NCBI RefSeq assembly: GCF_001194135.2
Contig: NC_068984.1
Coordinates: 117,401,117-117,465,116, forward strand
Direction: 5' to 3'
Length of the DNA: 64,000 nt
Origin: Octopus bimaculoides
Lineage: Eukaryota
Below the pieces are notes generated by a model. It was not told the DNA's origin. It did not search any database and saw nothing but the letters and a program-made list of their open reading frames with translations. Below, piece by piece: positions 37,723 through 48,410 of this stretch; the first letter of the stretch is position 1; every line of letters begins with the position of its first letter. Position numbers and translations under genes: made by a program.

Positions 37723-38533
37723 NNNNNNNNNNNNNNNNNNNNNNNNNNNNNNNNNNNNNNNNNNNNNNNNNNNNNNNNNNNNNNNNNNNNNNNNNNNNNN
37801 NNNNNNNNNNNNNNNNNNNNNNNNNNNNNNNNNNNNNNNNNNNNNNNNNNNNNNNNNNNNNNNNNNNNNNNNNNNNNNNNNNNNNNNNNNNNNNNNNNNN
37901 NNNNNNNNNNNNNNNNNNNNNNNNNNNNNNNNNNNNNNNNNNNNNNNNNNNNNNNNNNNNNNNNNNNNNNNNNNNNNNNNNNNNNNNNNNNNNNNNNNNN
38001 NNNNNNNNNNNNNNNNNNNNNNNNNNNNNNNNNNNNNNNNNNNNNNNNNNNNNNNNNNNNNNNNNNNNNNNNNNNNNNNNNNNNNNNNNNNNNNNNNNNN
38101 NNNNNNNNNNNNNNNNNNNNNNNNNNNNNNNNNNNNNNNNNNNNNNNNNNNNNNNNNNNNNNNNNNNNNNNNNNNNNNNNNNNNNNNNNNNNNNNNNNNN
38201 NNNNNNNNNNNNNNNNNNNNNNNNNNNNNNNNNNNNNNNNNNNNNNNNNNNNNNNNNNNNNNNNNNNNNNNNNNNNNNNNNNNNNNNNNNNNNNNNNNNN
38301 NNNNNNNNNNNNNNNNNNNNNNNNNNNNNNNNNNNNNNNNNNNNNNNNNNNNNNNNNNNNNNNNNNNNNNNNNNNNNNNNNNNNNNNNNNNNNNNNNNNN
38401 NNNNNNNNNNNNNNNNNNNNNNNNNNNNNNNNNNNNNNNNNNNNNNNNNNNNNNNNNNNNNNNNNNNNNNNNNNNNNNNNNNNNNNNNNNNNNNNNNNNN
38501 NNNNNNNNNNNNNNNNNNNNNNNNNNNNNNNNN

Positions 38534-38676
38534 GTTAGAAAGGGCATCCAGCTGTAGAAACTCTGCCAGATCAGATTGGAGCCTGGTGCAGCCATCTGGT
38601 TCGCCAGTCCTCAGTCAAATCGTCCAACCCATGCTAGCATGGAAAGTGGACGTTAAACGATGATGATGATGATGAT
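38534..38676 (+). mobile_element. SINE-E 3' part
   Basis: GTTAGAAAGGGCATCCAGCTGTAGAAACTCTGCCAGATC...(GAT)n. Confidence 0.88.
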
Positions 38677-39016
38677 ATACATACACATGCACACACACTC
38701 TCTTGTCAAAGACAGCATATATGCATTCAGCTTTAGCTGAATGACCTGCAAAAAAATGATCTGTTTATAGAGATCAAATGTTCATGCCACGCCTGAACAG
38801 GTGCACTGTGTATCACATGTCAAGTATTGAAGTGGTCTCAGAGCAATGCAAGATGAAGTGTTTTGCTCAAGAACATAACACAATGCACCACCCAATCTAG
38901 GAATTGAAATCACAATCTCATGATCATGAGTGCAACAACCTCACCACTAAGCCATGTGCCCTCACCATATATATATGTGTATGCATGTATCTATGTGTAT
39001 GCAGACAATGTCAATT

Positions 39017-39388
39017 GTGGAGGCGCAATGGTCCAGTGGTTAGGGCAGCGGACTCACAGTCATAGGATCGCGGTCTCGATTCCAAGACTGGGCGTTGTGA
39101 GTGTTTATTGAGTGAAAACACCCAAAGCTCCACGAGACTCCTGCAGGGGATGGTGGCGAACCCTGTTATACTCTTTCACCACAACTTTCTCTCACTCTTA
39201 CTTCCTGTTTCTGTTGTGCCTGTAATTCAAAGGGCCAGCCTTGTCACACTCTGTGTCACGCTGAATCTCCCCAAGAACTACGTTAAGGGTACACGTGTCT
39301 GTGGAGTGCTCAGCCACTTGCATGTTAATTTCACGAGTAGGCTGTTCTGTTGATTGGAATCCTCATCGCCGTAAGCAACAGAGTGCCA
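39017..39388 (+). mobile_element. SINE-A, full length
   Basis: GTGGAGGCGCAATGGTCCAGTGGTTAGGGCAGCGG to ...GAGTGCCA. Confidence 0.9.
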
Positions 39389-39774
39389 GTTATGTATCTA
39401 TGTCTATGTGTGTGTATACAAACACATATGAACATACACACACAACACACACATACATATAAACATCATTTATACATATATCATCACACAATGTTTTCCA
39501 TGTTTGCACAAGTTGCATGGGTTTACTGAGACAAATTTTTCTGCATTCCTGCATGGGTCAGAGGAAGGCTTTTTTTTTTCAGAGGAGTTTTTTTAACTCA
39601 AAGTATTTAAACTGGCTATATCTGGCCCAAATATTCTACTCGTTCTATGTTCAAACTGGCCAGATCTGGTCTCTCACACCTACCCTAAAATATCATTCTA
39701 AAAATTTAACAGTTACCTCATCAAAACCTCAAAGTACAAAATAATGCATAAATAATTAAAAACTTGTGAATAAG

Positions 39775-39951
39775 TGGCTGTCTGGTAAGGAACTTGCTTA
39801 CCAACCACATGGTTCCAGGTTCAGTCCCACTGTGTGGCACCTTGGGCAATTGTCTTCTACTATAGCCTCAGGCTGACCAAAGCCTTGTGAGTGGATTTGG
39901 TAGAAGGAAACTGAAAGAAGCCTGTCGTATATATATATGTATATGTATGCC

Positions 39952-39983
<32 letters not shown>
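39775..39983 (+). mobile_element. SINE-C head plus (TA)n
   Basis: GTGGCTGTCTGGTAAGGAACTTGC...GAAACTGAAAGAAGCCTGTCGTATAT. Confidence 0.88.
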
Positions 39984-40088
39984 TTAAAATTAAATAATGA
40001 GGGTAGAAATTGATATCAAACAATTAACATCAATTTAAACCAGTGGTCTAGCATATTCAAAAAAATCCAAAGATTTAAAAATTATATA

Positions 40089-40458
40089 ACAATTGATAAG
40101 AGGTATGACCACTAAAGTGGATTCCTATATGCTAAAAATAGATGTCAAATCGCCTTACCACGAAGAGTGTGTTCTCAGGAAAAAAATCTCAGTAAATGCC
40201 AGAATGTAAAAATAAACAAGACAAATGAAAATATACAAAATAAAACAATTACCTACATATGATTGCAAGTGTTAACGAAATCATGATATGCAGGTAATCG
40301 TTTTATTTTGTATATTTTCATTTGTTTTGCTTATTTTTACGTTCTGGCGTTTTTGCTGAGATTTTTCTTGAGAACACACTCTTCATGGTAAGGCGATTTA
40401 ACATCTATCTTTAGCATATTAGGAATCCACTTTAGTGGTCGTTCCTCTTATTAATTGT
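40089..40458. repeat. Long fold-back hairpin (about 170-bp arms, about 25-nt loop)
   Basis: 40089-40260 is an inverted repeat of 40286-40458. Confidence 0.9.
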
Positions 40459-40880
40459 GAGATATATATATATATATATATATAGATATGCAGGGCAGGG
40501 AATCATCAATTAGTAATAAAATTAATAATATATATNNNNNNNNNNNNNNNNNNNNNNNNNNNNNNNNNNNNNNNNNNNNNNNNNNNNNNNNNNNNNNNNN
40601 NNNNNNNNNNNNNNNNNNNNNNNNNNNNNNNNNNNNNNNNNNNNNNNNNNNNNNNNNNNNNNNNNNNNNNNNNNNNNNNNNNNNNNNNNNNNNNNNNNNN
40701 NNNNNNNNNNNNNNNNNNNNNNNNNNNNNNNNNNNNNNNNNNNNNNNNNNNNNNNNNNNNNNNNNNNNNNNNNNNNNNNNNNNNNNNNNNNNNNNNNNNN
40801 NNNNNNNNNNNNNNNNNNNNNNNNNNNNNNNNNNNNNNNNNNNNNNNNNNNNNNNNNNNNNNNNNNNNNNNNNNNNNNNN

Positions 40881-41285
40881 NTCCCCCCCCCACTAACATC
40901 GCTTGACAACCGATGCTGGTATGTTTACGTCCTCGTAACCTTGCGGTTCGGCAAAAGAGACCGATAGAATAAGTACTAGGTTTGCAAAGAATAAATCCTG
41001 GGGTCGATTTGCTCGACTAAAGGTGGTGCTCCAGCATGGCCGCAGTCAAATGACTGAAACAAGTAAAAGAGTATGTGTTTGTGTGTCTGTGTTTGTCCCC
41101 CCACCATCGCTTGACAACTGATGTGGGTGTGTTTATGTCCCTGTAACTTAGCAGTTCGGCAAAAGAGACCGATAGAATAAGTACTAGGCTTACAAAGAAT
41201 AAGTCCCAGGGTAGATTTGCTTGACTAAAGGTGGTGTTCCAGCATGGCCGCAGTCAAATGACCGAAACAAGTAAAAGAACAAAAG
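40881..41285 (+). mobile_element. Two tandem SINE-C 3' halves
   Basis: CATCGCTTGACAAC...CTGAAACAAGTAAAAGA occurs twice (40881-41072 and 41073-41285). Confidence 0.88.
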
Positions 41286-42077
41286 AATAAATAAGCATTA
41301 CTTTTAAGAAAATAATCTGAATGCTAAAGGGTTAAACATGAAATGACTAGAAATGCCCATCTGAATAAAATAGGGATCAGAAGGGTCCATCGGTAAAAAA
41401 ATAGTTGAGAAACACTGGACTTAAACCTTCAAGGTGGTACCCATGCATGGCTGCAATCCAATGACTATAACAAGCATCAGGTCAAGGGTTAAAGGAAGGT
41501 TGAGCAATCATGCAGAGGTTCTTTTGTTGATTGTTGTTGATTGTGTTTAGCTCAGATAGCCAAGGCTAAGTGAATTTATGATCAAAGGCATTCCAACCAT
41601 GACCACTTCGTTTTTTTGTATGTCAAGGAATACATCATCACATTATCCAAGATGATAGGGTCTGGTTTCATGAAGATTTAACTTCTATTTCTAGCAAGTA
41701 TAAGGAGCTTCCTAGCGGTATTGCTGTGGTGGTAGTGGTAGTGGTAACGAAGGTGAAGGTTTTATGAAGATTTGGCTTCTGTTTCTAGCAAGTATAAGGA
41801 GCTCCTTGGCGGTGCTGCTGTGGCGGTGTTGTTGATGGTGGTAATGATGGTTGTCGTAACAATGATATGATGGTGGTGGTGGTCGTCGTCGTGGTGATAT
41901 TGGTCGCGGTCGTGGTGGTGGGTAAAGATCAAAGCACGTACAAACAATATATTGAAAATCGACAGAACAAAAAAACAAAGACCGTCAGAGATGTAAAAAA
42001 AATCTTTTGAAAATGACATAAATGAGAGTGAAAGATTTACGGAGATTAAGGGGTTTTTATGGTGCTAAAAAAGGCGG

Positions 42078-42759
42078 AGACGGACTATATGTAATCTGAA
42101 CCTCCCCCCCCTTATTTATTAATTTTTTTTTACGGAATCACACGTTTTAGGCTATGGAGATTCCGATTCTGAAAAAAAAATTGTTTGAAAAATTTCAATN
42201 NNNNNNNNNNNNNNNNNNNNNNNNNNNNNNNNNNNNNNNNNNNNNNNNNNNNNNNNNNNNNNNNNNNNNNNNNNNNNNNNNNNNNNNNNNNNNNNNNNNN
42301 NNNNNNNNNNNNNNNNNNNNNNNNNNNNNNNNNNNNNNNNNNNNNNNNNNNNNNNNNNNNNNNNNNNNNNNNNNNNNNNNNNNNNNNNNNNNNNNNNNNN
42401 NNNNNNNNNNNNNNNNNNNNNNNNNNNNNNNNNNNNNNNNNNNNNNNNNNNNNNNNNNNNNNNNNNNNNNNNNNNNNNNNNNNNNNNNNNNNNNNNNNNN
42501 NNNNNNNNNNNNNNNNNNNNNNNNNNNNNNNNNNNNNNNNNNNNNNNNNNNNNNNNNNNNNNNNNNNNNNNNNNNNNNNNNNNNNNNNNNNNNNNNNNNN
42601 NNNNNNNNNNGGGGGGGGGGGGAATCGAAATTTTGAAATTGAGATTTTTGAAAAACTTTTTTTCAGAATCGGAATCTCCATAGCCTAAAACGTGGGATTC
42701 CGTAAAAAGTAAAATAATAAAATAAGGGGGGAAAGGTTCAGATTACATATAGTCCATCT
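42078..42759. mobile_element. Fold-back element with TIRs of at least 120 bp (centre in gap)
   Basis: AGACGGACTATATGTAATCTGAACC...GGAGATTCCGATTCTGAAAAA versus TTTTTCAGAATCGGAATCTCC...GGTTCAGATTACATATAGTCCATCT. Confidence 0.8.
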
Positions 42760-43146
42760 GGACCGCTAAAAAAAAAAAAAAATTCGTGTGTTTACGTTTG
42801 TTTCTCGTGTTTATTTACAACGATGAGAGAAAAAGAGGGGGGGCTAGGTTAAAAAATGGAAAAATGGAAGTCGGCGGAAGAAGACGGGAGACTGAGTAGC
42901 TGGAGGGAACGCCAACAACACGGTGGCTTGTGATGTATGTGTGAGAGTGCGTATGTGTGTGTAGGTATATATGTGTCAATATGTATTCGTGCATATGTAT
43001 GTGTATGTGTGTATGTAGGCATGCATGTATGTATGTGGATGGACGGATGATGTAAAAATGACAAATTATTAGACGTAGAGTTTATGCAGTTTGTTTAGCA
43101 ACAGGTATACTGCGATTTTGTAATACACACACACACACACACACAA

Positions 43147-43534
43147 TTGCTGTTGGTACTCCGTCGCTTACGACGGTCGAAGGTTCCAGTTGATCCAATC
43201 AACGGAACAGCCTGCTCGTGAAATTAACGTGCAAGTGGCTGAGCACTCCACAGACACGTGTACCCTTAACGTAGCTCTCGGGGTTATTCAGCGTGACACA
43301 GTGTGACGAGGCTGACCCTTTGAATTACAGGCACAACAGAAACAAGAAGTAAGAGTGAGAGAAAGTTGTGGTGAAAGAGTACAGGAGGGTTCGCCATCAT
43401 CCTCCTGCCGGAGCCTCGTGGAGCTTTAGGTGTTTTCGCTCAATAAACACTCACAACACCCGGTCTGGGAATCGAAACTGCGATCCTATGACCGCGAGTC
43501 CGCTGCCCTAACCACTGGGCCATTGCGCCTCCAC
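43147..43534 (-). mobile_element. SINE-A, full length, inserted in (CA)n
   Basis: Complete head, body and TGTTG tail, with (CA)n on both sides. Confidence 0.92.
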
Positions 43535-43569
43535 ACACACACACACACACACACATAAACAAGCATGTA

Positions 43570-43715
43570 CAGTAAGACCTCGATTATCGCGAGTGTTAAG
43601 TTCCCCCCACCCCGCGATAGGTGAAAATCCGCGAAGTAGAAACAGTACTGTACTGTAAATATTTTTTATAATTTTTACAATTTGTATATATTTATTTTAT
43701 TATCAATGCAAAAAC
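43570..43715 (+). mobile_element. Tigger/pogo-like transposon left end
   Basis: TA|CAGTAAGACCTCGATTATCGCG...CCCCGCGATAGGTGAAAATCCGCGAAGTAG resembles Tigger-type termini. No right TIR found. Confidence 0.65.
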
Positions 43716-43777
43716 AACACCACGGAGGAATCGACGTAAGCTTAATACCATAAGTCAAATCATAAAGATCCGATAAT

Positions 43778-44235
43778 CCTAAATCTGCTACCCCATTTTC
43801 TCAATTCCTCCGATATCGCTGACTATGCAGCATTTATTCGAAGTTCAACTGCAAATCTATCTGAATAAATGGAGTACACATTCTTTAATCGCGACTACCC
43901 AAAGCCAGCCGTAGATCCTGCACTTCACCGGGTCAAAGCCATCGGCTGTACCATCACTCTCCTGTCTTCTACATGCACACAAAATAACAGGATTCCACTG
44001 CCATTTATCTTTCAGCCTCACACTGTAAAAGCACGCTTCTTCACAATTTCAACTTTCTACTCTTTGGATCCTATAACTATTTTCATCTCTCCTACACCAC
44101 TATCCCTCACCTCTCTCTCTAAAAACAAAAACAAAAAAAAGCAAAACGAAAATTTTCTGCACCTTATTTGCCAAAAGTTCCCTAGGTCACATTAGTATCC
44201 AACCAGGTACTTTGAAGTGCCTCTCCGAATATGTA
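43778..44235 (+). mobile_element. Penelope-like element fragment (post-RT/linker region)
   Basis: Frameshifted KSATPFSQFLRYR*LCS...FFNRDYP...HRV...NNRIPLPFIFQPH...QPGTLKC matches the PLE pattern SIPxSQFLRxRRLCS...RGYP...RIPxxxTxHP...PGTFKC. Confidence 0.75.
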
Positions 44236-45087
44236 ACGGATTTTTATGGTTTGACGGCCAACAAAAAAGCAAAACGATAATTCTCTGCACCTTATTTGCC
44301 AGAAGTTCCCTAGGTCACATTAGTATCCAACCAGGTACTTTGAAGTGCCTCTCCGAATATGTAACGGATTTTTNNNNNNNNNNNNNNNNNNNNNNNNNNN
44401 NNNNNNNNNNNNNNNNNNNNNNNNNNNNNNNNNNNNNNNNNNNNNNNNNNNNNNNNNNNNNNNNNNNNNNNNNNNNNNNNNNNNNNNNNNNNNNNNNNNN
44501 NNNNNNNNNNNNNNNNNNNNNNNNNNNNNNNNNNNNNNNNNNNNNNNNNNNNNNNNNNNNNNNNNNNNNNNNNNNNNNNNNNNNNNNNNNNNNNNNNNNN
44601 NNNNNNNNNNNNNNNNNNNNNNNNNNNNNNNNNNNNNNNNNNNNNNNNNNNNNNNNNNNNNNNNNNNNNNNNNNNNNNNNNNNNNNNNNNNNNNNNNNNN
44701 NNNNNNNNNNNNNNNNNNNNNNNNNNNNNNNNNNNNNNNNNNNNNNNNNNNNNNNNNNNNNNNNNNNNNNNNNNNNNNNNNNNNNNNNNNNNNNNNNNNN
44801 NNNNNNTCTCTCTCTAAAAACAAAAACAAAAAAAAGCAAAACGAAAATTTTCTGCACCTTATTTGCCAAAAGTTCCCTAGGTCACATTAGTATCCAACCA
44901 GGTACTTTGAAGTGCCTCTCCGAATATGTAACGGATTTTTATGGTTTGACGGCCAACAAAAAAGCAAAACGATAATTCTCTGCACCTTATTTGCCAGAAG
45001 TTCCCTAGGTCACATTAGTATCCAACCAGGTACTTTGAAGTGCCTCTCCGAATATGTAACGGATCTTTATGGTTTGACGGCCAACAT
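44111..45087 (+). repeat. 128-bp tandem duplication of PLE sequence, repeated on both sides of a gap
   Basis: The unit TGCACCTTATTTGCC...GAAGTGCCTCTCCGAATATGTAACGGAT occurs twice before and twice after the gap. 44111-44373 matches 44808-45070. Confidence 0.9.
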
Positions 45088-45200
45088 TTTTTATGTAGTG
45101 TTTTTGGTACCGAAACACTTTCAAACTTCGAATACTTGTATATTTTGTGTTATAGAACAGATAAAAAAAAATTTGTATTCGAAGTTATTTCCTATGTAAC
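45087..45200 (-). mobile_element. Partial copy of the 49857-50432 MITE family
   Basis: GTAGTGTTTTTGGTACCGAAACACTTTCAAACTTCG... is the reverse complement of 50290-50395. Confidence 0.75.
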
Positions 45201-45249
45201 ACCTAATTCTACATCAAGTTATTGGACTCTCTCAGTGCGCAAGTGCTCC

Positions 45250-45640
45250 TAGTTCGATGTTTCATAGTGTCATCTCACGTAGGAAATCAGACTTATCAGC
45301 CATTTGCAGATCCAGTCGTGATCTCCCTCATAAGCGGGTAAATTGGATCCGACTCTTCGCTGGGCTCTTTTCTCCTTCAGAGTGTTGATCAAGGCTGCTT
45401 CAAAGTTGGAGATGGCTTGGTAATAAGAGTTTCTCCTCTGAGCCCTAGTCAGTGCTATTGATACCCGTGTCTTCGGGTATCAGCAGCACTTGCAGGTATT
45501 CAAGCTTTTTAAGTGTCCTTATAATGGAGTAGCGGGCGGCCTTGGTGCCTGGCACCAGAGCTAAGCTGGCTATAGAAGAGGGCTTTAGGTAAATGAATGT
45601 CTTCCTTGCGTACCACATGGCCAACCCACTTCCGTATCCC
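45250..45640 (-). mobile_element. RTE-clade (BovB-like) LINE 3' fragment
   Basis: RKWVGHVVRKEDIHLPKALFYSQLSSGARHQGRPLLHYKDT*K...AISNFE...LKEKRAQRR matches LRWxGHVxRM..xRLPKxxxYxEL..GxR..G....RYKD.LK. Confidence 0.82.
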
Positions 45641-45850
45641 AGCGCACTAGTATCCGACTAAGTACTTTCGAGTGCCTCGCCAAAAATGTAACACTTGACT
45701 CTACATCAATAACCTCACAACTATCACCGGATCCAAAATCCCAGTACCAAATCACACACACAAAACTCTCAACAGCACGTCTAGCAACATCATATACTGC
45801 ATCACATGCAAACACTGCAGGACCAAATGTTGGTGAAACAAAAGGCGCAA
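45640..45850 (+). mobile_element. Penelope-like GIY-YIG endonuclease remnant
   Basis: TFEC..KCNT*LYI....ITG...STSSNIIYCITCKHC...VGETK matches the PLE C-C...NxIYCIxC..C...Y(V/I)GET motif. Confidence 0.78.
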
Positions 45851-46324
45851 GGATACCACATACCAGACGATTTTAGATCAATCTTACATTTTTGTTTTGC
45901 ACATAAAACCGAAATACAAGACAAGGTTTTAAAGGAAATACATAATGACTGTTTAGTATTTAAAATTAAAGCAATACGAAAAAATAAACACAACTGTTTG
46001 ATTTATTAACCAAATGATTAATCAAACAGTCGGTTAGTTAGTTGATTAAATAGCTAACCAGCTGACGAATAATAAAGAAGTGAAATTGAGCCCGTGCGTG
46101 TGTTTATTGGCACAATAACCCTCCAAAGATACAACAACAAAAGAAAGTTTTACTGTGAGCTCATAAATCTATTTAGGTTTTTAAAATAATAATTTTCTTA
46201 ATTATTCTACTTTTTAAATGTAAACTGGGAAAATATGAAAAGTGTATGAACTATAGAATTTTAATTATTATTATTATTTTTCATCAAGCTTTTATTCTTG
46301 CATTCTTTATTATAATCTACCTAA

Positions 46325-46731
46325 GTAAGCAACTGTATTTCAATGACGAACGGGAGGCGCAATGGCCCAGTGGTTAGGGCAGCGGACTCGCGGTTTCGAT
46401 TCCCAGACCGGGCGTTGTGAGTGTTTGTTGAGCGAAAACACCTAAAGCTCCACGAGGCTCCGGCAGGGGATGGTGGCGAACTCTGCTGTACTATTTCACC
46501 ACAACTTTCTCTCAATCTTTCTTCCTGTTTCTGTTGTGCCTGTAACTCAAAGGGCCAGCCTTGTCACACTGTGCCACGCTGAATATCCCCAAGAACTACG
46601 TTAAGGGTACACGTGTCTGTGGATTGCTCAGTCACTTGCACGTTAATTTCACAAACAGGCTGTTCCGTTGATCGGATCAACTGGAACCCTCGACGTCGTT
46701 AGCAACGGAGTGCCAACAACAACAACAACAA
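46325..46731 (+). mobile_element. SINE-A subfamily with 5' extension, full length with (ACA)n tail
   Basis: GTAAGCAACTGTATTTCAATGACGAACG precedes GGAGGCGCAATGG, and the head lacks the TCGTAGGATCGCGG-type segment. Confidence 0.9.
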
Positions 46732-46973
46732 TGAAGAACAAATCACCAACGAAAGTACGATTTATATGCCTCAGTCTCTTAACCCTTCGCCTGCACCACA
46801 TATCACAAGTGATACACAGAACATATTCTTCTGGTGCCCATGAATCATATATGATACAAATTCCCAATTTTTTTCCCCAACCATCGGAGTAACTTGGTAC
46901 TTATGAAAGGAGAACTTTCTATTACTCAGAACATATGGCTTAAGTCAATCATTGCTCATTGTTGAATGAAAGT

Positions 46974-47148
46974 ATGGGCTGTGTGGTCAGTAGCTTGCCT
47001 ACCAACCACTTGGTTCCGGGTTCAGTCCCACTGCGTGGCATCTTGGGCAAGTGTCTTCTACTACAGCCTCGGGCTGACCAAAGCCTTGTGAGTGGATTTG
47101 GTAGAGGGAAACTGAAAGAAGCCAGGCGTATATATGTATATATATATA

Positions 47149-47185
<37 letters not shown>

Positions 47186-47607
47186 NNNNNNNNNNNNNNN
47201 NNNNNNNNNNNNNNNNNNNNNNNNNNNNNNNNNNNNNNNNNNNNNNNNNNNNNNNNNNNNNNNNNNNNNNNNNNNNNNNNNNNNNNNNNNNNNNNNNNNN
47301 NNNNNNNNNNNNNNNNNNNNNNNNNNNNNNNNNNNNNNNNNNNNNNNNNNNNNNNNNNNNNNNNNNNNNNNNNNNNNNNNNNNNNNNNNNNNNNNNNNNN
47401 NNNNNNNNNNNNNNNNNNNNNNNNNACTAGCATTGCTTGACAACCGATGCTGGTGTGCTTATGTCCCCGTCACTTAGCGTTCGGCAAAAAGAGACCGATA
47501 GAATAAGTACTAGGCTTACAAAGAATAAGTCCCGGGGTCGATTTTCTCGACTAAAGGTGGTGCCCCAGCATGGCCACAGTCAAATGACTGAAATAAGTAA
47601 AAGAGAG
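46974..47607 (+). mobile_element. SINE-C, full length, gap in hinge
   Basis: Head, (TA)/(TG) hinge, gap 47186-47426, and 3' half ending AAGTAAAAGAGAGTA. Confidence 0.9.
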
Positions 47608-47975
47608 TATGTTACATACCCCTTTGCCTGTCCTTGGTGTCCATGTATAACATGATACACATACTCAATTTTTTTTCCCAACCGCCAGAGTAATTTGAGA
47701 CTTATGAAAGGCAAGCTTTAAATTACTCAGAACGTATGAAACAAGGACTCAGAAAATCTGAAAACAAGTATGGGGTTTTAGAACGAACTTATGAAAGTAC
47801 TAACTTATATTTTAAACTTAAACTGATAAAAAAAAAATGTGAAAAATCTATCAACTACAGTAACTTCTTTTCATTTAGCTTTCATTCTTGCATTTTTTTA
47901 AATTATAATAATAAGATCTATGTACCTCATTCGCTTAAAGCAACTGTCTGCGGATCAGTATTGGACTGTGGGTAA

Positions 47976-48410
47976 GGCGGCGAGCTGGCAGAAACGTTAG
48001 CATGCCGGGCGAAATGCTTAGCGGTATTTCGTCTGCCGTTACGCTCTGAGTTCAAATTCCGCCGAGGTCGACTTTGCCTTTCATCCTTTCGGGGTCGATA
48101 AATTAAGTACCAGTTGCGCACTGGGGATCGATGTAATCGACTTAATCCCTTTGTCTGTCCTTGTTTATCCCCTCTATGTTTAGCCCCTTGAGGACAATAA
48201 AGAAATAGGAAACGTTGGCACGCCGGGCGAAATGCTTAGTAGTATTAGGTCGTTCTTAACGTTCTGAGTTTAAATTCCGCCGAGGTTGACTTTGTCTTCC
48301 ATCCTTTCGGGGTCGATGAATTAAGTACTAGTTGCGTCCTGGGGTCGATCTAATCGACTGGCCCCCTCCCCAAAAATGTCGGCCCTTGTGCCTAGTGTAG
48401 AAAAGAATAT
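47976..48410 (+). mobile_element. Head-to-tail SINE-B dimer with two different 3' tails
   Basis: First copy 47976-48208 ends TTAGCCCCTTGAGGACAATAAAGAAATAG. Second copy 48209-48410 ends GGCCCTTGTGCCTAGTGTAGAAAAGAATATT. Confidence 0.88.

Larger units (their letters stand above)
39593..41336 (+). mobile_element. piggyBac-like MITE split by a 1.5-kb nest of insertions
   Basis: The left part 39593-39775 stops at GTGAATAA. The sequence resumes as GAATAAATAAGCATTAC...CTGAATGCTAAAGGGTTAA at 41285-41336, ending GGG-TTAA. Joining the parts relies on my recall of an uninterrupted Octopus consensus. Confidence 0.55.

Noticed and set aside
39017-39095. tRNA-like sequences at SINE heads (A, A2, B, C)
   Set aside because: They have A/B-box-like motifs but no complete cloverleaf, and each continues into a multi-copy SINE body.
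41712-42019. His/Pro-rich ORFs on the minus strand
   Set aside because: They derive from GGT/GAT/GTC trinucleotide low-complexity DNA with no splice or homology support.
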